IMG/VR virus record: IMGVR_UViG_3300021978_000001
Coordinates: 224,001 to 288,000 of that record
DNA length: 64,000 nucleotides
Direction: 5' to 3' (one strand)
DNA from: a virus
Taxonomy: Duplodnaviria > Caudoviricetes
Below are positions 1 to 8,720 of this stretch, one piece after another. Under the pieces are notes generated by a model. It was not told where the DNA came from, did no database searches, and saw nothing but the letters and a program-made list of their open reading frames with translations. Made by a program: the position numbers and the translations under genes. Numbering within the stretch: position 1 is the first letter of the stretch; every line of letters starts with the position of its first letter.

Positions 1-80
1 GGTCGAACCCTGAAATTCAGGGCCACGCGACGCCAAGACGTCGAGGATGCCTTGTTTATCCGCCATCTCTTCTCCTCAGA

Positions 81-698
81 TCAGATGTCACCGACTGCTG
101 CGGTATCCGACTGGCGATCTGCGGTCACGGTGACCTCGACCACGTTGTTGGACTCATCCGTCGCGAAGCCGTGAACGGCTGCGGGGATAATGATCGACGT
201 GTCAGTGAACGTACCACCACCACCTGTGATGTCTGCTGCGGCCAACAAAATCGTTGCAGCGTTCGCAGCGGTCACGAGGACCGTGGACACATCAGGCGCC
301 GTCGAGAGGAAGTTGGTTCCCGTGATCTCGACGCGATAGTCATTGGTCGCATCCGTAGCGTCTGCGTTATCCTGGTTCGCGGTCGCGATAGCAGGAGCAG
401 CGAGCGCACCATCAGCGATGTCGATGACGGTCACAAAGCCCCCATCAGCAAGACCTGCGATCACGCCATGGTCACGGCTCAGGAGAACATCATCCGTGGG
501 GAGGAGGTCGATGAACCCGGGATTGTCCGTATCCACTTCGACCAGCCCATCGGCGTTGAAGAACTTACGGTTGAACGTCACATAGACGTCTTGCTTGTTG
601 TAGTCGTCGAAGGGGCGACGTGGCGTGCCATCCTCGATGTCATTGACGAGCAAATCGCCAATCTGCGTTTGCGTGTGTACAAGGCGGATCTTCGCCAT
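81..698 (-). CDS. Putative virion protein with C-terminal Ig-like (IPT/TIG-type) domain
   Basis: 205 aa, RBS AGGAGG upstream; beta-rich C-half with 'APAIAT...VEITGTNF...TDTSIIIP...VEVTVT' pattern typical of IPT/TIG folds. Confidence 0.6.
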   Translation of the reverse strand: MAKIRLVHTQTQIGDLLVNDIEDGTPRRPFDDYNKQDVYVTFNRKFFNADGLVEVDTDNPGFIDLLPTDDVLLSRDHGVIAGLADGGFVTVIDIADGALAAPAIATANQDNADATDATNDYRVEITGTNFLSTAPDVSTVLVTAANAATILLAAADITGGGGTFTDTSIIIPAAVHGFATDESNNVVEVTVTADRQSDTAAVGDI

Positions 699-781
699 GG
701 TAGCCTCCTATCGGTTGGGGTCGCGACGCAACTCGTGCTGCCCGGAGAGAAATATCAATGGATTACAAATGAAGCCCCGTA

Positions 782-1744
782 TCAGCGCAGCATGCGTTGC
801 GCGTTCAACGTGACCGTGATGTAGATAGGCACTCCAGCACCATCCCCTCGCACCGTCAGGGTCGAGACGTTCAAGCGGTTGTTTCTTATGGTCTCACCCC
901 CCGCCACAGTCACTTCCTGTGTCCCTGTGCCGAAGGAAACGAACAAGTCATTGGCACCGTCGAGGTTCTTCAGTTCATACGAACTTGTTTGACGGGGAAG
1001 GTTCAAAACGGTAGCGTCATCGAATGACGCCGCCGCTGGAGCTGTACCCGCCAGCGTCAACATGGTATGAGATTCGAGGAGCTGCTTTTCCGTCAACAGG
1101 ATGTCGATAGGCGTCTCCAACGGAGTCACTGCCACACCTGCAAATTGAGGGATGTACTGAAAGAAGTTCACCACATCATCCGTGAGACCGAGGTCTGCCA
1201 GGTTCAGCACGATACGCGTGTAATTGCGCATCTGGTTGGCGTTCACGGTCAAGGCATCGAGACGTTCTCGATCACGCCCCACGGTCGGTGAGACGAAGCC
1301 ATGATGACGAGACACCTCTTGTACAGAAGCGAACACCCCATCCCAGTTGGGTGCAGACTGGACATCAATCGTATCCGGGGGGTCTGGACGATAACGGATC
1401 GAACCGTCCACGTCCGTGGTGTCCACGAAGAGATTGAGTTGTCCCCCAAAGTTATCGTGTCGCAGACGGAAGGCCGCGCCACCTGTGGCAGGAGCCGCCG
1501 CCGTATAAGCAGTGGCCGGTACAGTGGAAGCGTTGATCTGCGCGATAAGGTCTGCGACGATCGCTGCCGAGCTATCCAAACCTGCGTTGGGGTCCGTCGC
1601 CTGAAAGGTTACGCCAGCCACCGTAACCGAATACACGCCCACATCTGTGGTACCATCTACCACGATGACCTGCGCCCAATCATGCTTGGGGATCAGAAGC
1701 TCGACGAGACCTTCATAGCGACGATAGGTGTAGGACAGAAGCAT
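782..1744 (-). CDS. Putative virion structural protein (beta-rich)
   Basis: 320 aa, RBS GAGGAG; Ala/Thr/Val/Gly-rich, C-terminal beta-sandwich-like segment; downstream of head genes. Confidence 0.55.
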   Translation of the reverse strand: MLLSYTYRRYEGLVELLIPKHDWAQVIVVDGTTDVGVYSVTVAGVTFQATDPNAGLDSSAAIVADLIAQINASTVPATAYTAAAPATGGAAFRLRHDNFGGQLNLFVDTTDVDGSIRYRPDPPDTIDVQSAPNWDGVFASVQEVSRHHGFVSPTVGRDRERLDALTVNANQMRNYTRIVLNLADLGLTDDVVNFFQYIPQFAGVAVTPLETPIDILLTEKQLLESHTMLTLAGTAPAAASFDDATVLNLPRQTSSYELKNLDGANDLFVSFGTGTQEVTVAGGETIRNNRLNVSTLTVRGDGAGVPIYITVTLNAQRMLR

Positions 1745-1756
1745 GGAAGTCTCCTC

Positions 1757-2146
1757 TTACTTGCGAATACGCTCACGTTGAATCAAGGGCTCATAAGTAA
1801 GCCCTGACTTTCCAGCTTCCACGGCAGCGTCTCGCGCTTCTTCCCAACTCCCTGCTTCTTCTCCACCATAGTTGGGGACAAGCTCCGGGGTCTTGTGATT
1901 CGTGCGCATGCGCTTTTCCATATAAGAAGAGCGTCGCTTGCGGTACGCCTTCTCTCTGTGATTCTTGTCTGCCCAAGCATCGCCTGCGAACCCGATGGTC
2001 ACCGAGCCAGGGTTGAACTTGTACACGGCGTGCTCTCCACACTCGGGACAGTCTACACCTTCTTGCTTGACGGTCTTGAACGCATCCATCGAAAGGGATT
2101 GCTCGTGCACATGGCCACAAGACTCACACTCGAAATCATACTTCAC
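1757..2146 (-). CDS. FmdB-family zinc-ribbon protein
   Basis: N-terminal 'YDFECESCGHVHE...CPECG' CxxC-CxxC ribbon. Confidence 0.75.
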   Translation of the reverse strand: MKYDFECESCGHVHEQSLSMDAFKTVKQEGVDCPECGEHAVYKFNPGSVTIGFAGDAWADKNHREKAYRKRRSSYMEKRMRTNHKTPELVPNYGGEEAGSWEEARDAAVEAGKSGLTYEPLIQRERIRK

Positions 2147-2157
2147 TGCCTTACTCC

Positions 2158-2574
2158 TTATGCTTTCTTCGACGCCGCCAGGTGACGACGTGCTACTTTT
2201 TTGGCGAGGGTCTGAGCACTCGCCTGATAAATTCCTGCCAGGGGCTTGGTCGCTTCACGCGAACAGTAATCCGCGTAATCACGCTCCACGCGCCCCGAGA
2301 GCGCTTCGAGACGTTGACGGCACACGTCGATCACAGAGAGAAGCTCGACGGCTTCCTGAGTGATCTCAGTGTGCATTCGCTCAAGCTCTTGCATCTCTTC
2401 TGCGGCCAAATCCAACTCGGACGCCAACATGGGCAAATCACCACAACGAGCCATGACCTTTTTGAGCACCGAGGACGAAGCCATGTATTGGCTCGCGCAC
2501 AGCTCCATGCTCAGGCGCATCTCACGCGTCTTGTTCGCGAAGGTCGAGATTTTACGCTGTTTGGTATCCGCCAC
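2158..2574 (-). CDS. Hypothetical coiled-coil protein with C-terminal KVARRHL motif
   Basis: 138 aa ORF with RBS AGGAGAG, fits tight minus-strand operon. Confidence 0.7.
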   Translation of the reverse strand: MADTKQRKISTFANKTREMRLSMELCASQYMASSSVLKKVMARCGDLPMLASELDLAAEEMQELERMHTEITQEAVELLSVIDVCRQRLEALSGRVERDYADYCSREATKPLAGIYQASAQTLAKKVARRHLAASKKA

Positions 2575-2585
2575 GGTCTCTCTCC

Positions 2586-2960
2586 TTACAGACGACGCAT
2601 CACCGCCAACACGTGCTTACACACACGATGTTGCTGGCGTGGGTCACGCTCACGAGGGGGCGATGCACTACCTCGTGGTCGCCCCTTCAAATAACCCCCA
2701 CGCAATGCGTGGTACTCGGGGCCTTGATACACCCAAAAAAGGCAGGTACAGGAGAACCTGTAGTCTGACCCTGATTGCTCGACACGTACTTCATGCTCAC
2801 CCACCCTCCAGAAAGACGCGTCGCGCTCCAGAGGCTTGAGAGCCCTGGAGCGCTGTATGATTCCTGGTGCGAGCCCACGCTCGATCTGTTGCAGCGTGGC
2901 GCTTTGCTTCTCCAGGTACATACACGCCACACGACGTGCCATCTTGGATGGCTCGGTCAT
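2586..2960 (-). CDS. SWIM-type zinc-finger protein
   Basis: 'FSCTC...VCKHVLAV' CxC-n-CxH signature. Confidence 0.7.
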   Translation of the reverse strand: MTEPSKMARRVACMYLEKQSATLQQIERGLAPGIIQRSRALKPLERDASFWRVGEHEVRVEQSGSDYRFSCTCLFWVYQGPEYHALRGGYLKGRPRGSASPPRERDPRQQHRVCKHVLAVMRRL

Positions 2961-3541
2961 GGGACGGAATCCTGTGACACATCAGGCTTGCTGATATACG
3001 TCGAGAAATTCGAGTAGTCGATCACATCCTGATTCGGCTCTGGCGCACGCTTGGACAGGTCATCTGCACGATCGACGTCGTAGATGGATTCCTGATCTTG
3101 CTTCGTGCGCTCGATGGCCGGGGGGACATCTTCGATGTGTGTCGGGATACCTTGCAATGTCGAAGGATCTGTGATCTTGGCGGCGGCTTCCATGAGCCGG
3201 TCGAGGTCCTTGCGCAAGGCAGGGTTGAGATCCTGACCCGCAGAAGAAACCGCCATTTGATTGACCACATAACTCACAGTTGCCAAATGACGGTTCAGCT
3301 CGGTCAAGGAAGTCTGGAACCGCGTGATCATGTCTCCCGCTTCACGGTAGATATGCTCGCGGTGTTCGGACGCCTCGATGAGCTTCTGACCACGCTCGAC
3401 CATCTCTTCGAGAACAGACGCTTGCACACGCGCCTGAGACAGGGAGGCTTGCATTTGATCGCGAAGTCCCTGTCCCAGATACTTCTGAGCAACCTTGTGG
3501 GCCATGGCTCTTTGGTTACGTGCGTGCATGCTCGCTCTCAC
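2957..3541 (-). CDS. Hypothetical protein (N-terminal KVAQKYL motif)
   Basis: 194 aa ORF; stop overlaps next start (ATGA); exact start uncertain. Confidence 0.7.
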   Translation of the reverse strand: MRASMHARNQRAMAHKVAQKYLGQGLRDQMQASLSQARVQASVLEEMVERGQKLIEASEHREHIYREAGDMITRFQTSLTELNRHLATVSYVVNQMAVSSAGQDLNPALRKDLDRLMEAAAKITDPSTLQGIPTHIEDVPPAIERTKQDQESIYDVDRADDLSKRAPEPNQDVIDYSNFSTYISKPDVSQDSVP

Positions 3542-3547
3542 TACGGG

Positions 3548-4567
3548 TCAAGCCCCGAGTTGGTATTGAGGGAAACTCTTGGCGATGTGCTTTTTCATCG
3601 CATCCGATTCGACTGCGTATGCTGCAATCACGAGGGTCGGGTTATTCGAGTCTTCCAGGAGCTTGAGCTTCGTGCGCCAATGCACCGAGAAATCCCAATC
3701 GAAGGAAGGCATCATCTGACGCGCGAGCGCCAGGCGCGCTTCCTTATCCTGGACCACATCCTCTGCGTTGATCTCAGACTCTTCATGCACCGAGGCCACC
3801 GTCACCGCACCATCACCACCATCCCAGATCGAAGAAAGGCTCTCCTCATCTTGCGCGGTGGTGCCTGCGGTGTGATGCGAGATGCCTTCCATCTCGAACT
3901 CGATGCCTTCACGGACCTGACGAGGCGCAGGTGCTTGAGCAGGAGCCTGGTTCGCGAGCTTTGCCTGGAGATCACGAATCTTGCGCTCAAGGCGCGCGTT
4001 CTCCGCTTCCTGAAGCAGGCGAGCCTTTCGAGCTGCCGTGGACTCCTCGGAAGAGATGGTCGAAGTCGAGGTCATGGCGGAGACGTCCGTAGCCTGCACG
4101 CCCATCCCCTCGGAAGCTCCTTCACCGTAAGCGCGGGTCTGGAACGAAGTACCACCCACCACCACACCTTCCTGTGCTTCGATCGGGTAGTTGGCAGGGT
4201 TCTCATAACGACCGCGCGCGCGCACCGCTTCGATGGTACCCACGTTACGCTCTTCCTCACTGATTGTGGTCGCCGCCACAATGCGATCTTGCTCTGGGGT
4301 CGCGCCAGACATTTCGATCTTGGCGCTGATCGGGCGGTAGCTTTCCACGTTCCCTTGCAACAAGGTTGCCTGGTCCACCAACCAACGCGAACTGATCGCA
4401 GACTTGAGACGAGGAAGGGTATACTCCACACCGTCAATCTTGGCGATGCGCCCGTTGTACTCGATAACATCGCCCTCTTCGATCACGAGCTGTTCCGAGT
4501 TCTCCTTGTCGTTCAAGCCAAGGTGGATCTTCTCCATGGCAATGTAAGTACGGTACTCTTTCCCCAT
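3548..4567 (-). CDS. Hypothetical protein, head-gene cluster
   Basis: Start moved to ATG 4567 (MGKEYRTY) behind RBS AAGGAG; 339 aa. Confidence 0.7.
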   Translation of the reverse strand: MGKEYRTYIAMEKIHLGLNDKENSEQLVIEEGDVIEYNGRIAKIDGVEYTLPRLKSAISSRWLVDQATLLQGNVESYRPISAKIEMSGATPEQDRIVAATTISEEERNVGTIEAVRARGRYENPANYPIEAQEGVVVGGTSFQTRAYGEGASEGMGVQATDVSAMTSTSTISSEESTAARKARLLQEAENARLERKIRDLQAKLANQAPAQAPAPRQVREGIEFEMEGISHHTAGTTAQDEESLSSIWDGGDGAVTVASVHEESEINAEDVVQDKEARLALARQMMPSFDWDFSVHWRTKLKLLEDSNNPTLVIAAYAVESDAMKKHIAKSFPQYQLGA

Positions 4568-4652
4568 CACGTCACTCCTTATCTCGGTAAAAGCCTTCAA
4601 GCCACGAGCACCGTACACCACGGTGCTCTATAAGGGGTGAGCTACAAGCGGA

Positions 4653-5660
4653 TTATTCATCCTCCATCAGGAGGGTAGGCGTCTCGTACCCGGGGATCAT
4701 GTCCGCAGCACGTCGAATCTTCTCCGCAGCAGCGGTCTCGTTAAGTGCGTGCAAGAGACTGGAGACCTTGCGCAACGTGTAGATGATGCAGGGAGGGATG
4801 TCTTCGGTCGCGTCGGATTCGAGGACGGCATCGAAGACGTTGGCAGCCTCATAAAGGTCTTGCAAGTAAGGGACGAGCTGGACATAGGGCAGATGCCACC
4901 TCTCGCCATCACGTTGCAGAGCATGCACCATAGCTTCCCGAAAGAGCGACGCCTCATCGTAATACTTGAGGTGATCGAGGTAGTTGATCAGGGTACGCAC
5001 GAAGCCTGTGTGAAAGAAAGACAAGGCCCCTGCGTTGAACCCCCGATTGAGGGCACATCTACGACTCAAGGCCACCGCTTCTCCTGTCAAGGTATAACCC
5101 GTCTGGGGGAGAGGTCGCGAAGCGGTAAGAGTCCCCATGCCCGGCGAACCCGGCGTGAAAGGACGCACGAGGCGTTTGCCTCGAAGGAAATCCCCTTCAA
5201 GGTACTCGATCCATCCAAACGTGCGCGTGGGGTCGATGAGCATCTGCTCGTCACAGTTTCCTTGCGTAAACTTCGAGTGGCTCATCCCGATAGCGTTGGT
5301 GAACCCTGCATTGACCTCTTGCTTGAGCGGACGCTCGGGGACGCTGTGGTCCACGGAAACAGTCACCGCCAACCAGAAGCGTGGCGCCATGGGCTCGGTG
5401 TTATTGCGTAGGACAATGTACTTCGCGGTCACCGTATAATGAGAAGCCGTGGACTTGGAAACCTCGACCTCCTCGAAGTCCACCTTGCGTCCGAGAGCCT
5501 GGTACAAATAACGCTCGTACTCCGCGCGCGCACGTCGCAGTTGTGATGCAAGCGCATCAGCGTGTTGATTCACGCGCTTTGCTTCCGTGCGTTGAGATGG
5601 GTCCATCCCCAGCATGGAAGCGCGTCGTACAAACTTTTCGACCAGTTCTCGGTGTGTCAT
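4653..5660 (-). CDS. Hypothetical protein
   Basis: 335 aa ORF, ATGA-coupled to the upstream Dps-like gene. Confidence 0.7.
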   Translation of the reverse strand: MTHRELVEKFVRRASMLGMDPSQRTEAKRVNQHADALASQLRRARAEYERYLYQALGRKVDFEEVEVSKSTASHYTVTAKYIVLRNNTEPMAPRFWLAVTVSVDHSVPERPLKQEVNAGFTNAIGMSHSKFTQGNCDEQMLIDPTRTFGWIEYLEGDFLRGKRLVRPFTPGSPGMGTLTASRPLPQTGYTLTGEAVALSRRCALNRGFNAGALSFFHTGFVRTLINYLDHLKYYDEASLFREAMVHALQRDGERWHLPYVQLVPYLQDLYEAANVFDAVLESDATEDIPPCIIYTLRKVSSLLHALNETAAAEKIRRAADMIPGYETPTLLMEDE

Positions 5661-6103
5661 GTCTCTACCTTGGTGCGTTGCTTGAGGAGGTACACATGCG
5701 TCTCATGAAGGCTTGCCACCGCAGGCAAGAAGTCATCGAGCCCCATGGTCAACTCTCCCTCATCATCCAGGCGAGCATAGACCCTCTGGAGGAACTCCAG
5801 AAACAGGGTCTCCGCACGAAGCGAACGCGAAGCGAGATCCAGCTCCTCATCGTGTGACTCGAAGATCGTCATGATGTCCGCGACCTGATCGGCCTGTTGC
5901 ATGACATCAATCTCGATGTCATACACACCAATCATCTTCTCAGCGAGCCCATCAATCTCATCCGCGATGCCTTCATAGAGCCTCTGGAAGAGGAGATGGT
6001 CCCCATACGACGGGACACCCCGTGACAACCAATGTGCGTTTTGGTGGATCTGAAAGAGCGCTCGCAAGGTGGCGAGCAATCCCAGCATGCTTTGGCTTAT
6101 CAT
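5657..6103 (-). CDS. Dps/ferritin-like protein
   Basis: 'HQNAHW...GDHLLFQRLYE...EIDGLAEK' matches Dps ferroxidase motif spacing (HW, H, D-x3-E). Confidence 0.8.
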   Translation of the reverse strand: MISQSMLGLLATLRALFQIHQNAHWLSRGVPSYGDHLLFQRLYEGIADEIDGLAEKMIGVYDIEIDVMQQADQVADIMTIFESHDEELDLASRSLRAETLFLEFLQRVYARLDDEGELTMGLDDFLPAVASLHETHVYLLKQRTKVET

Positions 6104-6516
6104 CAGAAATCCGAAGGTGTATCCACCCCGAGGAGCGTCGCGATCTGCCCCGCCTGGTTACGCACCTGGAGGTCGTCCCAACGGTCCGCGTTGTGGAGAA
6201 GGTTGTTGAGTTTGTTCACCGCCATCTCTTCGTTGCGCGTCAAGAGCGAACCTACAGCTCCCGCGATAGAACGCAGCATCTTGTAGGTCGCAGGGCTCGA
6301 AGAGCGGAACTTGCGTGCCAGGTTACCGAGCGCGCGCATATCGACCAGATCATCCGCATAGGACGCCGTGCGCTGCTCGGGCGCGTTATCCTGGATGGTG
6401 TCCAGGGGAGAGAGCGCGTTGACCTCACCATGCTTTTCGATCACAGGGAGCAGCACCCCCCGCAATTCAGGGTTCGCGTGCGCGAGGCGAATAAGATCAT
6501 CACGAAGCGTAGACAT
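6103..6516 (-). CDS. Hypothetical protein with N-terminal LIRLA..PELR tag
   Basis: Start moved to ATG 6516 (MSTLRDDLIRLAHANPELRGVLLPVI); 137 aa. Confidence 0.7.
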   Translation of the reverse strand: MSTLRDDLIRLAHANPELRGVLLPVIEKHGEVNALSPLDTIQDNAPEQRTASYADDLVDMRALGNLARKFRSSSPATYKMLRSIAGAVGSLLTRNEEMAVNKLNNLLHNADRWDDLQVRNQAGQIATLLGVDTPSDF

Positions 6517-6590
6517 GGGAAGCTCGGAAAGGTGGTTATAGAAGTGGCCAAAGGTTCCATTGTGCATGAGGTATAAAACCATCACCAAGC

Positions 6591-6620
6591 AAAAAAGGGC
6601 CACCCGAAGGCAGCCCTTTT
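6591..6620 (-). terminator. Rho-independent terminator
   Basis: Stem AAAAGGGC/GCCCTTTT (6593-6600/6613-6620) with U-tract on the minus strand, after stop at 6636. Confidence 0.75.
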
Positions 6621-6635
6621 ACGAACCCAGAAGCG

Positions 6636-6932
6636 TTACCGCATACGGTCGATCAAGCGCTTGAGCTTGCGCATCTCGTGGTTGAGGTCCGCATACGCCG
6701 TATCGAGGCGACGCAAGCCCATGTAGTAAGGCTTCTCGTCTTCCGCCTCGGACACCATACGATAGGCTTGGTACATATCGTCTGCAATGCTCTTGAAGAC
6801 GCTGGGCATTTCACCGAGGTCATCGACAGGCGTACCCGCCTGACGGTCAAGGTGTGCGATCACAGGCTTGAGGTCTTTGCGAAGCTCGGGGTTCGCGTTC
6901 CCGAGACGAATGAGCTGCGTTTTCAGATCCAT
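6636..6932 (-). CDS. Hypothetical protein with N-terminal LIRLG..PELR tag
   Basis: 98 aa, RBS AAGGAG; starts MDLKTQLIRLGNANPELRKDLKPVIAHLDRQA. Confidence 0.8.
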   Translation of the reverse strand: MDLKTQLIRLGNANPELRKDLKPVIAHLDRQAGTPVDDLGEMPSVFKSIADDMYQAYRMVSEAEDEKPYYMGLRRLDTAYADLNHEMRKLKRLIDRMR

Positions 6933-6956
6933 GAGGGTCTCCTTTCCTTGTGAGTC

Positions 6957-7000
6957 AAAAAAGAACCCCCTGCTGCCCAGGGCTGCAAGGGGTTCTCTTT
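6957..7000 (-). terminator. Rho-independent terminator after the major capsid gene
   Basis: GAACCCC/GGGGTTC stem (6963-6969/6989-6995) plus A-run 6957-6962 (U-tract on minus). Confidence 0.8.
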
Positions 7001-7024
7001 AAGCCATAGCGCTCTGATCAGTGA

Positions 7025-7903
7025 TCAGCGACGCACCACCAGGCGGACGAGACCGCGAGGGTTGTGGCAGCCGATACCGAGGTTCTCGAAGATCGAGAAG
7101 CCGATGCGGCGCTGTGCAGGGTTGTCTGCCGAGAGGACGGTCAGCTCCGTGCGGACAGGGATGCGACCGAACAGCTCGGGCTCCGTGCAGATGTACACGA
7201 ACCCAGCAGGAACCAGGCGCGACACGATGATCTGGGCACCCCAGAGGGTAGCCTGGAGACCCGTGTTCAGAAGCGTAGCCTGCGACTCGATGTCGAGGAT
7301 CTCGCGACCGAACTTGCGGATGTCGCTGTAGTCCTTGGCGTTCATGTAGATACGCGCGACGCGGAGGTCGTGCTTCTCCACCTCTGCAAACGCGTCTGCG
7401 AGGACGGCCTGCGAGATAGGAGCGATCACCTGGAGGTCAGGGTTGACCGAGCCAGGGATCGAGTCGAAGCCCGTGGTCGCCACAGCGTCGAGGATCGAGA
7501 AGACACGCTCGTCTTCTGCGGCCTGGATCTGGGACTTGCCGAGCTGTTGAGCACGCTCGATGAGGTCGAAGCGACGCTCCTTGATCTGCGTGATCGGGAT
7601 GGTGGGAAGCGAAGCGATCTCGAACAAGGGGATGATCACGCGGCGTGGCTTCTGCACGGCCTGGATGGATTCACCCTCTTCCCCGATGACGTATGCGGTC
7701 ACGTCGGGGTCCTTGTCGTAGATAGGCAATGCGCCATCAGGGAGCTGCTCCACGAGGAAGGTCTTGCGACCCACCGAAGAGTAATCCCTGCGCGAACGCA
7801 AAGGCTGGATCATGGACGCTGCCAGACGCGCGCGTCCTGCGGCGGTCTTGATGAAGCGACCGATGAGCTGCTGCTTGGCAGCGATGTCGAGTGCATTGGA
7901 CAT
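7025..7903 (-). CDS. Major capsid protein (HK97 fold)
   Basis: Start moved to ATG 7903 (MSNALDIAAK) behind RBS AAGGAG; 292 aa; HK97-like pattern (E-loop 'AYVIGEEG', 'IYMNAKDYSDIR', 'LWGAQIIVSRLVPAG', C-terminal 'IGCHNPRGLVRL'); order protease-scaffold-decoration-MCP followed by a terminator. Confidence 0.85.
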   Translation of the reverse strand: MSNALDIAAKQQLIGRFIKTAAGRARLAASMIQPLRSRRDYSSVGRKTFLVEQLPDGALPIYDKDPDVTAYVIGEEGESIQAVQKPRRVIIPLFEIASLPTIPITQIKERRFDLIERAQQLGKSQIQAAEDERVFSILDAVATTGFDSIPGSVNPDLQVIAPISQAVLADAFAEVEKHDLRVARIYMNAKDYSDIRKFGREILDIESQATLLNTGLQATLWGAQIIVSRLVPAGFVYICTEPELFGRIPVRTELTVLSADNPAQRRIGFSIFENLGIGCHNPRGLVRLVVRR

Positions 7904-7961
7904 ATCGAAGTCTCCTTCTTGTGAGCTGTTCAGAGGTGAGCTTGAACCGAGCGCGTCTGGG

Positions 7962-8630
7962 TCAGATGCGCTGGTCAATCACGAGTTCTGCGTGAACGGA
8001 ATCAGGTACGATCGTGATCACACCCAACGCAGTAGCGGCTGCGATGTTCGCAGCATCGCCGTAGGCCACCTCGTGCACATCAGCCGACTCCGAACCTGCT
8101 GCCGAGACAGCGGTGGTCACGTAGCCGTTGACCGATGCGTAGACGTACAGCCCATTCTCGTACAGGAGCGCATCACCCTGTGCCCCGCTGGTCGTTCCTG
8201 CACCACCAGGTGCCTGAACAGCGGTTTCATAGAGACGCAGACCCACCGTGCCCTGTGCGGACATGTAGGGACCCTTGTTGCTCGCAGCAGCAGGGGTGTT
8301 CTCGTAGGCGTTCCCGGCTGCATCATTGATGAAGAGACCGAGAGGGCGGATTGCGCCAGCAGCCGCAGCAGCGCCCGTTGGGCCACCGATGAGGCCGTTT
8401 CCTGCGGCGGGGCGCGTGAAGGCAACCGAAGCGCCAAGCACGCCACGCTTTGGAGCGGCGGGGAGGGTTGTGGACACAGCGGCAGCCGCCGTGATCACGG
8501 GAGGATTGGTCTGAGTGAACGCGTCCGTGGTGAGTTCTGCCGCGAAAGAGTTCAGCGTACCCACGTAAAGAATACGCAGAGCGGAGCTGCTTTCGGTGAA
8601 ATCACCCGATGCCTGTCCTGGGAGTGCCAT
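7962..8630 (-). CDS. Putative head decoration/cement protein
   Basis: 222 aa Ala/Gly-rich; lies between scaffold and MCP. Confidence 0.6.
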   Translation of the reverse strand: MALPGQASGDFTESSSALRILYVGTLNSFAAELTTDAFTQTNPPVITAAAAVSTTLPAAPKRGVLGASVAFTRPAAGNGLIGGPTGAAAAAGAIRPLGLFINDAAGNAYENTPAAASNKGPYMSAQGTVGLRLYETAVQAPGGAGTTSGAQGDALLYENGLYVYASVNGYVTTAVSAAGSESADVHEVAYGDAANIAAATALGVITIVPDSVHAELVIDQRI

Positions 8631-8720
8631 GATTTTCTCCTATCGAGAAGTGGTAGTGGTCGTTTGCACTTGCGTTATATTTGTGAAGGCGGTCGCATCA
8701 GCTCACGCCCAAGAGAGAGT

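Noticed and set aside
8-22. Palindrome CCCTGAA-A-TTCAGGG at the window edge
   Set aside because: Possible terminator for 81-698, but the flanking sequence is cut off
7025-7903. Encapsulin nanocompartment with ferritin cargo
   Set aside because: Terminase, portal, protease and scaffold are adjacent, so the HK97 protein is a phage capsid
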